A stretch of 61,655 nt of DNA, filler included, from Vannella sp. (GCA_023345925.1; 6 parts of 6 records of this genome joined end to end with filler, not necessarily neighbours in it), one strand, 5' to 3'; positions 12,401-25,143 are shown, counted from the first letter of the whole stretch. Translations and numbers: made by a program. The notes: a model not told the origin generated them from the sequence alone.

Positions 12401-15400
12401 AACAAGGAATTACTTCGCGGTGTCGTGGGTTTTGACTTTCTCAAGAAGATCATTAGCTCGATTCTCACCATTGAAAGACCAACTTCGGATCCTGATTTAT
12501 CTCAATTCTGCTTAGGGCTCTTGGATTGCTTGTTTAGTCTACTTATTGATCGTGATTGGCAAGAATTTACGCTTGAATCCACCGAGCAGGGAACTACCTC
12601 TTTCATTATTCAATTCCCTGACTTAGTTCCTTTCCTATTTGAGATATTACTCGAGTTGCCTGTTCTCTTTCAGAGAGACTTTCTGAATCGATTTGAGCAT
12701 TTACTCGTGCGATGCCCATTGAACCAATCGATCTGCTGCTCTCAGTTGCTCATTTTCCAGCTTTTAGATCTCGTCCCACTCATCCCTCCTCAATCACAGA
12801 CACTGCAACAGTTGATCCAACTCATTGAGGTGTTAGGGGGCCACAGTATCACTGTCAAGGAGTTGAAAAAGCTGTTCCTTCTCTTAAAGAGCAAGCCTGG
12901 GAACTTCCGCCCACAAGTCCAATTGCGTTTGGTGAGAGCTCTTTTGTTCATGGCTCGTTCGAGCTCCTCTGGACCGGACACATTCTTCGATCTCAACGGC
13001 ACATCGTCGGCATTAGTCATTCCGCCGCTGGAAAAGTGGCCTCCTTCGAGTGGGTACACTTTTTTACTCGCATTTAGAGTAGAACGTTTGATAGATCCTC
13101 TCCCTGACAGTGCAGTACCTTATTACCCAAGACTTGTGTCCTTTTTAGATGAGAGCGGCTTCGGAGTGGAGATCTTTATTCGCCCACATCCTTCACTCCA
13201 AGATAACTTCAACTTGGAAATTTCCCTTCACTCCACCAATGGGAAGTCTTCTTCTCACATTTTTTCTTCCAGCTTACGGTCACGTTCTTGGTACAATCTT
13301 GTTCTGACCCACCGCAACAGTGAGAGCAAGTTTAAGCTGGGAGATAGCGAGTTGAGAATGTGCATTAATAACGGAAGCGTTGAGAAGGCCAATATCCGGT
13401 ATCCTCAATTCCCTGCTCTCTTGAATAAGCTTCGAATTGGAAGTAATGTGGAGTTTAAGACCGCTGGCAGGCGGAATTATAGAGCCCACTTCTTTTGTGG
13501 TCAAATTGGTCCCTTTTTCCTTCTTGATGATGCAGTGACAATTCCGCAAGCTCAATTGCTTCTAGACAAGATGAAAGACCTTCACTTGAAGGGCACTTCA
13601 AGTTTCGGAGAATTGGAGCCCAGAATAAGGCGTTACTACAATTGCACTGCTCGGATTGGCAAGAGCTTTATCGATCTCGCCCCAGAAAAGATCTCTGATA
13701 AGGTGCATGATGCCAAAATGATCGGAAAACTTCAGGTCTGTCGGACCAGAGATATCAAGGATATCATCCACTGCTTGGGGGGTATCAAAGTCCTTCTCCC
13801 TCTTTTCGCGCAATTGGACCAACCTCATGAACCCCTCCATCCTGGTGATCCTATCGACTACTCGGTGGATGAAAGACTACTCGCCCAATCTTTAACTTTG
13901 CTGGGTGATATTTTGTATTCTAGTCCTGTCAATCTGCAAGAAATGGAACGATGTGAAGGCTTTAGGGTGGTAGGATTTCTTCTTGAGCAGGCATCACCAA
14001 ACCATTTTACTGCTGAAACTTTAGCGATTTTGGAAGGGATGGCAACAAATCTCTCTGCGATTGGCAATGATTTGCTGTGGCGCTTGGTGATTTTTAGATG
14101 GGCCATTTGGATTCACGCTCCGTCGAGGGTCCAAAAAGATGTTGCTCGACTGCTTTCCGAGATGTGCGCTACTTCACCTGTCTCAGCGAGAAGGCTGACA
14201 AATGTCCAAGAGATATTAGACGTGATGTATTGCTTCTATTGGTATGATGCAAAAGAGTGCATTGGTGTAATGGGCCATACTGATTACGTGCATCCTGTGA
14301 CCCAGCAAGTGCTTGGGACCCGCCCCTCAAAAGAGGGCCTTGTGTCAATTCGTAGTCACTTCTTTAAATGCCTGGAGACTCTCATTTCCGAAGGAATTAC
14401 TGCTGAAGAAGCAAGATCCTTCCTTCAGGCTCTCATAGAGACAAACGATCACTCGCAGGTGAAAGAGATACTTACTTTCCTTTACCAACAGATGGAGACT
14501 CGCCGTGTTTCCAATCTGGCTTCAGAGCTTTTGGAGCAGCAAGGCATGAAGGTTATGCTGATGCTTCTCCAGGGTTCTGAAGAGGAAAACCGGAACTTGG
14601 TATTATTGGTGATGGCTGAGCTCATCTCCAGCAAACAAGGTTCTCTAAGTGGGCGTTTGGGGGTAGAAGCACTACCATGCGTACCAATAATCCTGCAAGA
14701 GCTCAGCATGAGCCTTTATCAAACAATTCTTCGCATTCTGGTCGGTGATCGTACAGCAGACTCCACTTTGATCGACGAAAGATTCGTGATTGTAGAACCT
14801 GCTTGGCTTCCCATTCTCCTTAGGATGTTGCTTTCTTCTGACGTAGTTCTCATTCAACAAGCTCTTCAAGGATTCTCTTTACTTTTAAGCAATTCTCAAG
14901 TTAATCGAGACATTGTGTTAGGATTCGCTGAATGGCCGAATTGGCTGTTTGGTTTCCTCATCAAGTCTAGAAAAGAAGAAAAAATGGTGCAAAAGCATAC
15001 AGACAAGAAGAATCCTTTTCAGGTGGTTCGGGATATTGTTTTCCACATCTTGAAGATAATGTTGAACCATGTCATGACCAAAGGAAAAGAGTCCGCTCGG
15101 GTTCTGCATGATATCTACTCAAATGCACTTGTTCTTGAGTCACGAGATCTGTTGGAGAAAGAAGAGACGGTTCGAAGTGTATTGTTGGGAGTTCTGTCCG
15201 TTTACACTTCCAAAGCAAAAGAGAGACCGACCCCCTTGCTTCTGAGCAATCTTTTGCAAATTGCAGGAATAGTTGGAGAGTTTCTATTCTTCTGCCCAAG
15301 TGCGGAGGAGATTTCGATTTTACAGAGTCAGGAACCTTTTGAGGACGAGGCATTTAATAAGCTATATCATCGCTTTTCTGTTTATGGAGAGACTGAGGGA

Positions 15401-18400
15401 AAGTACTCACAGTTGTATATGCCAATCCGATGTACCATCAATTCTCTCCACATCAATCCAAGGGATAATAAGGATTGGAAAGATCTCCGTCTTGCTCGCT
15501 TCTTTATGGACGCGATGTCTGCCTTTGACCTTTTTGATTCTTCTATGAGCGCTTCGATCGAAAACGCCTTGGGAGCTAAAGAGCTTGCTCGCTCCAACGC
15601 TCTGCTACGGAATGGAGGATTTTGGGGGATAGGATTACGAGTTGCTCTTTCCATTTTCCACTACGGAGATGATACAACCTCCGCAGGAGTTTTCCCTCTT
15701 ATTCGCCAAATGGTACAGCACGACCTTAGTAAGGGAGAAAGCACTTCCAACTTACAAACAACCCTTAGCTCCCTCATCATAACACTGAGAACCTATTCTG
15801 ACCCATCGCAATGCGGGCGGTTCACCATTAGCGTGCCTCTCGTAAAGGACCTACTGCGCATATGCAAGCGCTCTATTCCGGCGCTCAGTCTAGAAGTGAT
15901 GAAAGTCTGTGAAAATTCTTCTTCCCAAGAGTTCGGGCTGTCTTTAGCTGGAACTTCATGGAATCCCTGTGTATTCTGGGCAGAAACACGCCTGAAAAGT
16001 GTTTGGGAGAGTAAATCAACCTTGAGCTCAGTCAACAAGCAAAGAAATCGCTTCACATCGGCTCTTTTGGAGAACTGTTCCTCACCACAAGTCAGTGCGG
16101 AAGACTTGGCCCAGTTTTTGCGTGCAGCATCTCAAGAGGTCCATAGGACAGTCCTCAAGGTAGAGATTGAGCGAAAGAGATTGCTCAGTCGCAAACGTAT
16201 TGAAGAGCATCTTTACGAGAGCAGAATATGGAGAAATATCTTGCGATCATTAACAAACGAACGTGCTCCCTGGGCTACCAAAGATGGTGGTACTATCTAT
16301 TGGAAGATGAGCAAAACAGAAAACTCCTTGCGGATGCGTCTCAAATTGAAGCAAAATTACGATTTTGATCCCCATTTGGAAGCTGCCAAGCATCCAGAAG
16401 AGTTACCAGGGCGCCTCGAACTTTCAATGGAAATGCCAAAACCGATTAGTTATGGAGTGAGACTAGCTGATGGTACTCTTTCTGATAGCGTTGAAGGAGA
16501 ATTCGAAGATGCTGAGGGAGATTCCTCAACAATACTCCAAGAAAAGCTCTTATTTAGGGCCAATTGCCAGCTGATTTCCCCTCTCCAAGTTATACAGGGT
16601 GTCATGGAGCTCACTAACATGCATTTGAACTTTATCGAGGACTCAAAGACAGTGGATTCTAATGAGTCCGTAACGACCGTACCAGCAGCTACCAAGGAGC
16701 TCTTTATCAGCTTAGGAGAGATTGAAGAAGTGCATTTGCGGCGATATCATCTTCGTCCAACAGCTTTAGAATTCTTCCTGGTCGACCGTTCGAATTACTT
16801 CTTCACATTTAGCAAGCGAGACCGCTCGAAAGTTCACAATAAGTTGATATCTTTAGCTCATCATTGGTCGAATATGATTTACGTCCAAAGTGATTCTCCC
16901 CAAGTAACTTTGAGCCGTTCTGATCTGACAAAGCGCTGGCAAATGCGCCTTATCTCTAATTTTGAGTATCTTATGAAGCTGAATACTATTGCTGGACGTT
17001 CTTACAATGACATAACGCAGTATCCTGTATTCCCTTGGGTCTTGAGTGACTTTAAATCTTCCAGTTTAAGGCTCAATGATGACAAGATCTATCGAGACTT
17101 GTCCAAACCAATTGGAGCTTTGGATCCTGATCGCCTCGAACAATTCCTCACTCGCTATGAAAACTTTAGCGACGAAGTCATCCCACAATTCCACTACGGG
17201 TCTCACTATTCCTCCGCGGGCATAGTTCTTTTCTACTTGATTCGGATGGAGCCATTTACTACCCACGCAATCACTTTGCAGGGCGGGACTTTCGATCACG
17301 CCGACAGAATGTTTGATTCTTTAGCCAACTGCTGGGTCAATGTTTGCACTAACGCATCAGATGTCAAAGAGCTCATCCCGGAGTTCTTTTATCTTCCCAA
17401 CTTTTTGCGAAATGAGAACCGCTTCCATTTTGGCAACCTTCAGAATGAGATGCCTCTGGACCATATCGAACTCCCTCCGTGGGCCAAGTCAGTTCATGAG
17501 TTCATTTATCTGCATCGGGAAGCTTTGGAGTCAGAATATGTCTCTAATCACTTGCATGAATGGATTGATTTGATTTTTGGGTACAAGCAGATTGGGCCCG
17601 CTGCTATTGAAGCTCATAATGTCTTCTATTACTTGACCTACGAAGGGGCAGTGGATTTGGACTCAATCAAGGATGAGAATGAACGCATTGCTACGGAGGC
17701 GCAGATCGACAACTTTGGACAGACTCCTTCCCAGTTGTTGACAAAACCTCATCCTCAACGCTTCTCCTTCCACGAATCTCATCAGACCATCTTTATGCGC
17801 ATGTCACACTATCTTAAGCCTGACACCTATCCTTTCCCCGTTAGTTCTGAGGGAGTCCCAATCTGCTTTGTCAGCATGCCCGCTAGTTTCAGAGATGGAG
17901 CGGCTCCGGTGTCTGAACTGCTTGTTACAGTCAGTAAGAACAGGACTGTCGGATTGCATCGTTTCTTCTTGTTCCCGCATATCAACGATAGCAGCCTCCT
18001 GAGCTCTCCTAGCGCAGGAGCGTATTCGTTCTACAAGGGAACCTCCCACAACGGCCTTCCGTTCTTCTTCCAACCTGATCCGTCGTTTGTGCCAGGTTCT
18101 CTCTCTCAGCGAGCAAAGGTGGGAGTTCCTTTTGCAGCGGACATTGTTGTCGATTCCAAGTGCTTTGCGTGCACTCGAGAGGCCACTGCAATCTTTAGCT
18201 GTGGCCACTGGGACAGCAGCGTTAAGTGCACCTTTGTAGATCAATTTCGCCCTCCACAGTCCCTGACTGCTCACAAAGACATTGTCACATGTCTAGCCAT
18301 CAGCTCGAATGAGAGCTGCTTGGTCAGTGGCTCTAGAGATACAACTCTTCTCGTTTGGGAGATGCTCACTCCCAAAGGAGCGCCCCTTCGCGTGAACGAA

Positions 18401-18910
18401 TCCCCTCTCTTCATCCTTTACGGGCATAGTGACGACGTCACCTGCGTTGCCATTGATGTGGGATGTGACATTTGCGTGAGTGGCTCAAAAGATGGGACTT
18501 GCATTGTTCACAACCTTCGGAACGGGACTTACCTTCGGACGATTCCCCATCCTCTTCGTCTCGGCATCGAGTTGTTGGCCATCTCCGCTCTTGGCCATAT
18601 TGTCTTCTTCTCTCAAGAGGACTTGACGCTGTTTGTGTACACCATTAACGGTGAATTCATCTCCCAGTCACTTACGAAAGGGGTCGTCCGGGTTCTGTGC
18701 CTCTCGCGCGATGCCAAGTTCGTAGTGACAGGGGAACATGACACACTCTGTATCTACAATCTCTTCACCCTCGAGTGCATCCAACGCATCCCCTTGGAAG
18801 ACGCCATTGTGTCCATCACGCTCAACCCCGACGACGTTTGCATTCTCGCTGCTCTGGCCAACGGTAACTTGGTGTCAGTGATCATCACTGGATACGCGCA
18901 GCTCTCTTAA
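9426..18910 (+). CDS. BEACH-domain protein (neurobeachin/NBEAL/Lvs-like)
   Basis: ConA-like region after 'GPDTFFDLNG', 'IHCLGGIKVLLPLF', PH-BEACH 'RRYHLRPTALEFF', BEACH 'ISNFEYLMKLNTIAGRSYNDITQYPVFPWV...FGQTPSQL' and WD40 repeats. Several short 5' exons precede an ~8 kb exon; the start is uncertain. Confidence 0.95.
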
Positions 18911-18984
18911 TAGCCCTACTTCACCCTACTGGCCGCCAACGCACAGAGGGTTTGATAAATCATCATTTTCTGGTTCCCGTGCGG

Positions 18985-21900
18985 ATGGGGAAGCGCGCGC
19001 GCTCTTCCACTTCGCCGCTCTCGGCTCCTAGGGAGTCGAAACGACAGAAGCTGCAGAGAACACCTACGTTGGAGCTGGAGGAAGAGGGGGAGGAGAAGGA
19101 GATGGCAATGGAGCGAAAGACGAGCTCTTTCTTCGAGATGCAGCCCGACCAAGCTCGGGGCATGGCGCTCCTCTCCAAGAAGAACCAGGGGAAGCTCCTA
19201 CGAAGACTCTCCAGTGTTCTTCAACCAGATGTACCTGCAGGTAAGATTTCCAGCTCTCGACATCACTCATCCAACGCCCCTCAGAGCCAGAAAGGATCAT
19301 GGCAGTTCATGAGGTGGGCTTGGGGGATGAAGTGATGTTTTCTCGCCCACAGGAGGTCCGCCCTTTGGCCAATCTTCCGCTCGCGCTGTGGGTTGTCGTT
19401 TGCAGCTTCCTCACAGACTCTGAACGCCTCGCTCTGGGGCTAAGTTGCCGTCGGATGGCATATCTCCTCACCTCTTATGTGGGACTGGAGTACTGGCCCT
19501 TCCGTTTCCGCCCCGATGGAATAACAGACGTGTCAAGTTCTCATACGGTGTGCACCGAGAAGGTTCCTTCCAATGGCTTGGTCACTCCCCTTCTCCCTCC
19601 GCTCAAATTCCCCTCGTGAGTACTCCAAAGTGAATGCTTGCTATTGACACTGTCAAACCAAAAGCGGATACATCATCATGAGAACCTGCTTTTTGAAAGT
19701 GAGAAAAATGGCGGCACTGCTCGAGAGAGGAGCCAGCTTATCAAAAGATGTCCTTGGGTTTCTTGCTTCGGATATGGATCATAGAGCTCAAATGATTCTG
19801 CGGAATCTCTCCTGGAATCTTCATTGGACACCATTTCGATCTGATGCTCGAATTGCACTCCAGCCAAAAGGCCTGACAGCGAGGCTTTTCGAATACCAAG
19901 GTGCCAATCTCACCTGGTAAGTTTGGATGGAACAATGCAAGAGTGAGATTAACTAGAAAGGGGAAGGATGCTGAATCTGGAGCGGATTGTGTTGTCAGAC
20001 AGTCGATTCTTCTTCTCCACACTGGTTCGTGTCCCGTGCCTCCCTCTTGTCTATGATTCATTCAGTGGAGACAAGAATCCATTTTTGAACAGCGCATCGG
20101 TCAACATTGAGGACGAAAGGTTCCAGAACTCTTTCTCAGTCCAAGGAGGAATGCTGTCCGATGAAATGGGCTTAGGGAAAACAATCTCCATGATCTCTTT
20201 GCTTCTGTCACACCCACGTGAGCCAAACGAAGCCGGAGAGTTTTCTCGGGGTAGAGGAGCAAAAGGGGCAAACATACCCACTTTTGTGAGCAAAGCGACG
20301 CTCGTAGTTTGTCCGAGCCAACTGGTGGATCAATGGAAGAAGGAAATCACCTCTAACTCTTCCATGACTTGCTGTACTGCTTCAACAGCGGCTCAGCATA
20401 AGAAACTCTCCTATCAGACACTTCTCGACGTTGACGTGGTCATCATTTCGGAGAAGCTTCTCTTCTCCAACGTTTCTTACAAACACCTTGTCCAAAGTCG
20501 TGAGAGAAACGTGAATTCCAGTAGGGGAACCCGCCATGCTGTTGAAGTCCCAACACCACAGCGAAACCATGTCCAGCCATCTCTTCACGAAGTTGACTGG
20601 CATCGGATCATCCTCGATGAAGGACATGAAATCCTCGCAAAAAACGACATGGAAAGTTTCGTGTCCAACTTTCGTTGGTATGTTTCCGGAACGCCTCTTC
20701 CTTCCGGACACAAATCTTTCTCCCACGCTTTGAACTTTCTGAACTTTGAAATTGAACGAGAGACTAAAAGCGAAAGCCAAGTTGCTCAAGTGGTTGAAAC
20801 CCAAGTCGCCAAAGAGCACATCTTCCGAAGGAACATGAAAGAGGAGGTTGACAGAGAAATCACGATTCCTCCAATGGTCGAGAAAGTCATTTCGGTCTCA
20901 CTCACTCCAATAGAGCAAACCATCTATGATGCTGCTGTGTTTGACAGGAATCCCACCAACTTGCGTCTGATTCTCAGCGACCCAAAGAAGCAATCGCAGC
21001 ATATAGGATCTCTCGATGATCCCAAGCTGCCAGCCAAGTACATTGCACATTACAAGGCCCACATGGAATCGATTGCCAATTCCCTCAAACAATCACAAAA
21101 AGATCTTCAAGAGAAAAGAGCTTCCTTGAGACTCTTTCCAAATGATATGACAAAGAACGACATTGAGCGACTCGAGAAGGCCATCAAACGATTGGAGGGA
21201 GTCACAATCCCTTCATTTGAGAGAGGAATTATTGAAAAGGTTTGCCAAATCGCCTGCTTCACTCGTTTGATGGAAGGTGACAGCAGCAACGAAACCTGCG
21301 AAGGGTGCTACCAATATTCTTCTGGATGCTTGTCACTCACTTGTGGCCACCAACTCTGCTCTGAATGCCTCGTCAAGATCCAGCAAAACGAAGGAGCGTG
21401 TGTCTGCTGCAACAGCAAAGTCGATATCATCGGCGCAACATTGCCGCCTCCAGCCACAGTCAATCCTGAGGTTTCCTCATCTTTCTCGATTGGAGATGCC
21501 AACGAGGATCCTTGGTGCTCTGCTCTCCGCCAGATCCATGGAAGCAAGTTCGCAGCAACTGCATTGTACTTGAAAGAGATAATGAGAGCAGAAGCAGACG
21601 TCAAGATGATTGTGTTCTCTCAATACGAGTCCACTCTTCTTGCTCTCTCATCTGTGCTCGAGGAAGCCGATCCAGAGACGTTTGAGAACAACATGGTGGT
21701 CTGCAAGGGGAACGTTCACGCCAGAAAGAACCAATTAGATCGCTTCAGGAGCACTGAGAAAGGATCGGCTCGCGTCCTCCTCTTGTCTTTGAAGAACTCT
21801 GCATCTGGAACGCACTTAGCCGCAGCAACGCACGTCCTTTTGGTGGATCCTGTCGTCGGGTCTGCTGGGGAAGCCCGAGCCACGGATGCTCAGGCCATTG

Positions 21901-22058
21901 CCAGAGCTCATCGTCTGGGCCAAGACAATGCTGTCACTGCCGTTAGGTTTATTGTTGAACGCACCATTGACCAAGAGGATTACGAAAAAGCGTACGGCAT
22001 TCTCGCTCATCGTGGCCCTCGTCCCAAATCGGCCCGAAGCGCCGTCTCCATTATTTGA
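18985..22058 (+). CDS. Rad5/16-like SNF2 helicase with inserted RING finger and N-terminal F-box-like motif
   Basis: 'GGMLSDEMGLGKT', 'ATLVVCPSQLVDQW', 'WHRIILDEGH', RING 'CEGC...CGHQLCSEC...CVCC' and helicase-C 'QAIARAHRLGQ'. The upstream exons can be joined in frame through GT..AG introns. Confidence 0.88.
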
Positions 22059-22469
22059 TCGCTTCCAAACTTTCCTTTTCCAAATTACCAATCAAATAAC
22101 CTTTTCCTTTTCTTTTGCTCCTTTTTCACGCTTCTAGGATATCGAGAATCAAGTGTCTCGACGCCTGTTGGTGGGCAATAACTCAGTGCAGGCGAAGGAG
22201 TATTTGACGACCATCAACCCTACGCAACTGGTTCGTGAGATGGTTCTATTCCGGGTTGTCAGCTCTGGTGAAGAGTCAAAGCTGAGCTGTATCTTGAGGG
22301 CGGGTGGCCTTGTTTGTCTCCTCTTTCTTCGTTCTGGTGACCTCTAGGGCCAGAGCCGAAGCCCGTATGTATCTGTGTTTGACTCGCCTCAGCTACTTTA
22401 CACAAAGTAGCGCTCAGATGGAGGGCACCGCCTTATTTCCCTTGTTTGGGTCCAAAAAGTGAAAAAAAA

Positions 22470-22569
22470 NNNNNNNNNNNNNNNNNNNNNNNNNNNNNNN
22501 NNNNNNNNNNNNNTTAATTAATTAANNNNNNNNNNNNNNNNNNNNNNNNNNNNNNNNNNNNNNNNNNNN
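22470..22569. other. Artificial contig linker (N44-TTAATTAATTAA-N44)
   Basis: Identical 100-nt spacer with stops in all frames, occurring five times in the window. Confidence 0.99.
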
Positions 22570-23454
22570 GTTGGGGGAAGGCGCTTTCTGACACGTTACG
22601 CTACTCTGACAGGGAACGGTTTGGAACAGAACTTCTTTGTGTCGCTGTTGAGCGAGCGGTTCCCGGTGGAGAAGGATGAGAAGGGTTACATCTTTATAGA
22701 TCGTTCCCCGCTTTATTTTGAGGTTCTCTTGGACTATCTGCGCAGTGGAGAGCTTCATTGTCCTCCCCTGGTACCTTTGAAACGCCTCCTGGCTGAGGCG
22801 AACTTCTATGGCTTCCTTCTGGACGGGAATGTGTCTGTCAATGGCTCGGTGGAAGAGGAAGGAGCTTCTCCGCTATCTGACTTGGGCCTCAAGCACCTCT
22901 TAGTCTCATATAAGACCTCCAGTCTCGAGAGAAACTACGAAATCAACAAGGAGGGCTTACAATTGGTGGAGAGAGCTATCTTTGAGGGCTTTCGATCTGA
23001 AGCGGCGAAGGGCAAGCAGATTGTGGTGCGATTCTGGCCTTCTTGCGAAACGATCATCAACCGCTGTCGACAGAAGTGGGGTGACATCGTTCTGCAGCCT
23101 CTCCCTCCGTTTATGGTCAATGAACCGGCTCACGTGTTCGACAACGCTCTTTATGAGGTCTGCAAGAAAGGGAAACAAGGACTCTGTTGGCATCTCTCAA
23201 AGTGCAACCTCACTGTCGAAGCAACAGACAACAGCGACTATCTCACCACTCACACCCACGTGGATCGCACCAATGCGGTCAGCATCACCACCGGTGCGTG
23301 GTGTGTCGTCGCCACCAACATCACTCCACACGTCTATCACGCAGCAGAAGCTGTCTCCATTGTCTGGTCCCCAGAAGACCCCGAAGCAGCCACAATGTTA
23401 CAAAACCCACCTTCCGTTGCCAAACCCGCCGCCAAACCATTTAATTTCCATTAG
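22570..23454 (+). CDS. KCTD-type BTB/POZ domain protein (5'-truncated)
   Basis: 'VGGRRFLTRYATL...FFVSLLSERF..EKDEKGYIFIDRSPLYFEVLLDYLRSG...EANFYG'; the frame is open from the contig edge. Confidence 0.9.
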   Translation, partial: VGGRRFLTRYATLTGNGLEQNFFVSLLSERFPVEKDEKGYIFIDRSPLYFEVLLDYLRSGELHCPPLVPLKRLLAEANFYGFLLDGNVSVNGSVEEEGASPLSDLGLKHLLVSYKTSSLERNYEINKEGLQLVERAIFEGFRSEAAKGKQIVVRFWPSCETIINRCRQKWGDIVLQPLPPFMVNEPAHVFDNALYEVCKKGKQGLCWHLSKCNLTVEATDNSDYLTTHTHVDRTNAVSITTGAWCVVATNITPHVYHAAEAVSIVWSPEDPEAATMLQNPPSVAKPAAKPFNFH

Positions 23455-23540
23455 GAATCGTACACTTATAATTTATAACTGAATTGGGTAACTCCGTCTT
23501 CATGGGCTCATTGTTTGCGAGCTGCTTGTGGCTGGCTGGG

Positions 23541-24257
23541 ATGTTCTCTGGGTTGGTGCAGCGTGTCAAGTCTTACAATGACCTGACGAGATCGGACTCG
23601 GATACCAATCTGTTGGGGAAGGTGACAGACTCTGAGATGAGGAGGGTTGGCTCCAACCCTGAGATGGACCCTGAACTGGAACCGAACAAGAATATCGCCT
23701 GGATTCGAGGGGAGGCTCTTATCACCTTCTACGTGGGTGTTATTGCACTTATCCGTGTTATCTGCGCCCTTCTTTCCTTCACTCCTCAGACATCATGGAC
23801 GATTGTTAACATCGCCCACTGCCTTGTGAGTCCCTCCCACCAGTAGGGAGCATGCTCGGTGTCTGTTTCTCTGTCTTCTAGAGCTCTTACCTCCTTCGTT
23901 AGATTACCTTCCCCATCCTCCATTGGATTAAGGGAACTCCATTTGCGGGCATCTGGGACGACCAAGGAATCTACGAGAAGTTCACCTACTGGGAGCAACT
24001 CGACCGAGGGGCGCAGTTCACCATCACCAAGAAGGTCCTCACAGTGATCCCTCTAACCATGTAAGCAAAAGGCGACCCTACTCACCCCTTCATTCCCTTT
24101 GGCTCCACTCAGCCCCTCTGATAGATTCTGTCTTGCCATCCGTTACGAACCACTCCTAAGCTTCGAGTTTGTGGCCAACTTGATCGCCTTCCTCGTCGTA
24201 ATCATCGGGAAGCTTCCTCTCATGCACAAAGTCCGTATTTTCGGAATTAACAGCTAA
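23541..24257 (+). CDS. ORMDL: ORMDL/Orm sphingolipid biosynthesis regulator (3 exons)
   Basis: Spliced product has 'PNKNIAW', 'SWTIVNIAH', 'LHWIKGTPF', 'TYWEQLD.G.QFT.TKK.LT..P' and 'KLPLMHKVRIFGIN*'. Confidence 0.93.
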
Positions 24258-24317
24258 AAACTTGCTTTTCCATTCGCCTGGTCTTTTTATTCATTTTTCC
24301 AAGACTCAGAGAGCGGG

Positions 24318-24858
24318 ATGGTGCGTGTTTGTCCTCTTCCGGTTGGCTCTCTTCGTTGTGCTTACTGGGCTGCTTCCTTGCTGGGTTATGCGTTTCTTTG
24401 GGTAGGAAGACGTAGATCTTACGGAGGGACAGATTGCAGAGTTCAAGGAGGCCTTCTCCTTGTTTGATAAGGACGGGGATGGCCAAATCACCACCAAAGA
24501 GTTGGGGACAGTAATGCGCTCTTTGCATCAGAACCCAACGGAAGCCGAGCTCCGAGAGATGATTAGTGAGGTTGATAAGGATGGAAGCAACGCTATCGAC
24601 TTCCCTGAGTTCGTCCGCATGATGGCGAAGAAGATGAAGGACACGGAGTCAGAAGAGGAGATCATCGAGGCCTTCAAAGTCTTCGATAAGAGCGGTGATG
24701 GTCTCATCTCCGCTGTGGAGTTGCGACACGTCCTGACCAACCTCGGGGAGAAACTCTCTGAGGAAGAGGTGGATGAGATGCTCCAGGAGGCTGACATTGA
24801 CTCAAACGGCAACATTAACTACAACGACTTTGTCAAGATGATGATGAACACCAAGTAG
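24318..24858 (+). CDS. Calmodulin or calmodulin-like protein
   Basis: ATG at 24318-24320, intron 24321-24405, then '[36 protein letters not shown]' and four EF-hands. Confidence 0.93.
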
Positions 24859-25143
24859 ACCTCCATGTAGTCCCATTCAGTCCCACGCCAACAATAAAGG
24901 GACCTGACAATGAACGAATCGCCACAGCAATCCCAGAAGAGAGCAGATCGCCCAGCTTCCCTCTGTTCTCCAGCAGCTTCGACCCAGAGATTCCCCTTCT
25001 CTCAGCGATGGCGCTCGGCCAACAGGGTTCGTGAGAATGCGCATCCACGCAAAGGAGGGGTCCTCTTGAGTTCCTCCCTTCCAATTGTCCTCTTCCTTGT
25101 CAATGAAAGAGTCTACGAGGCCTGGATGTGACAGACGGGAGGT

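Noticed and set aside
22514..22525. Recurrent TTAATTAATTAA palindrome inside N runs
   Set aside because: Identical flanks at all five sites identify it as an assembly concatenation linker, not biology.
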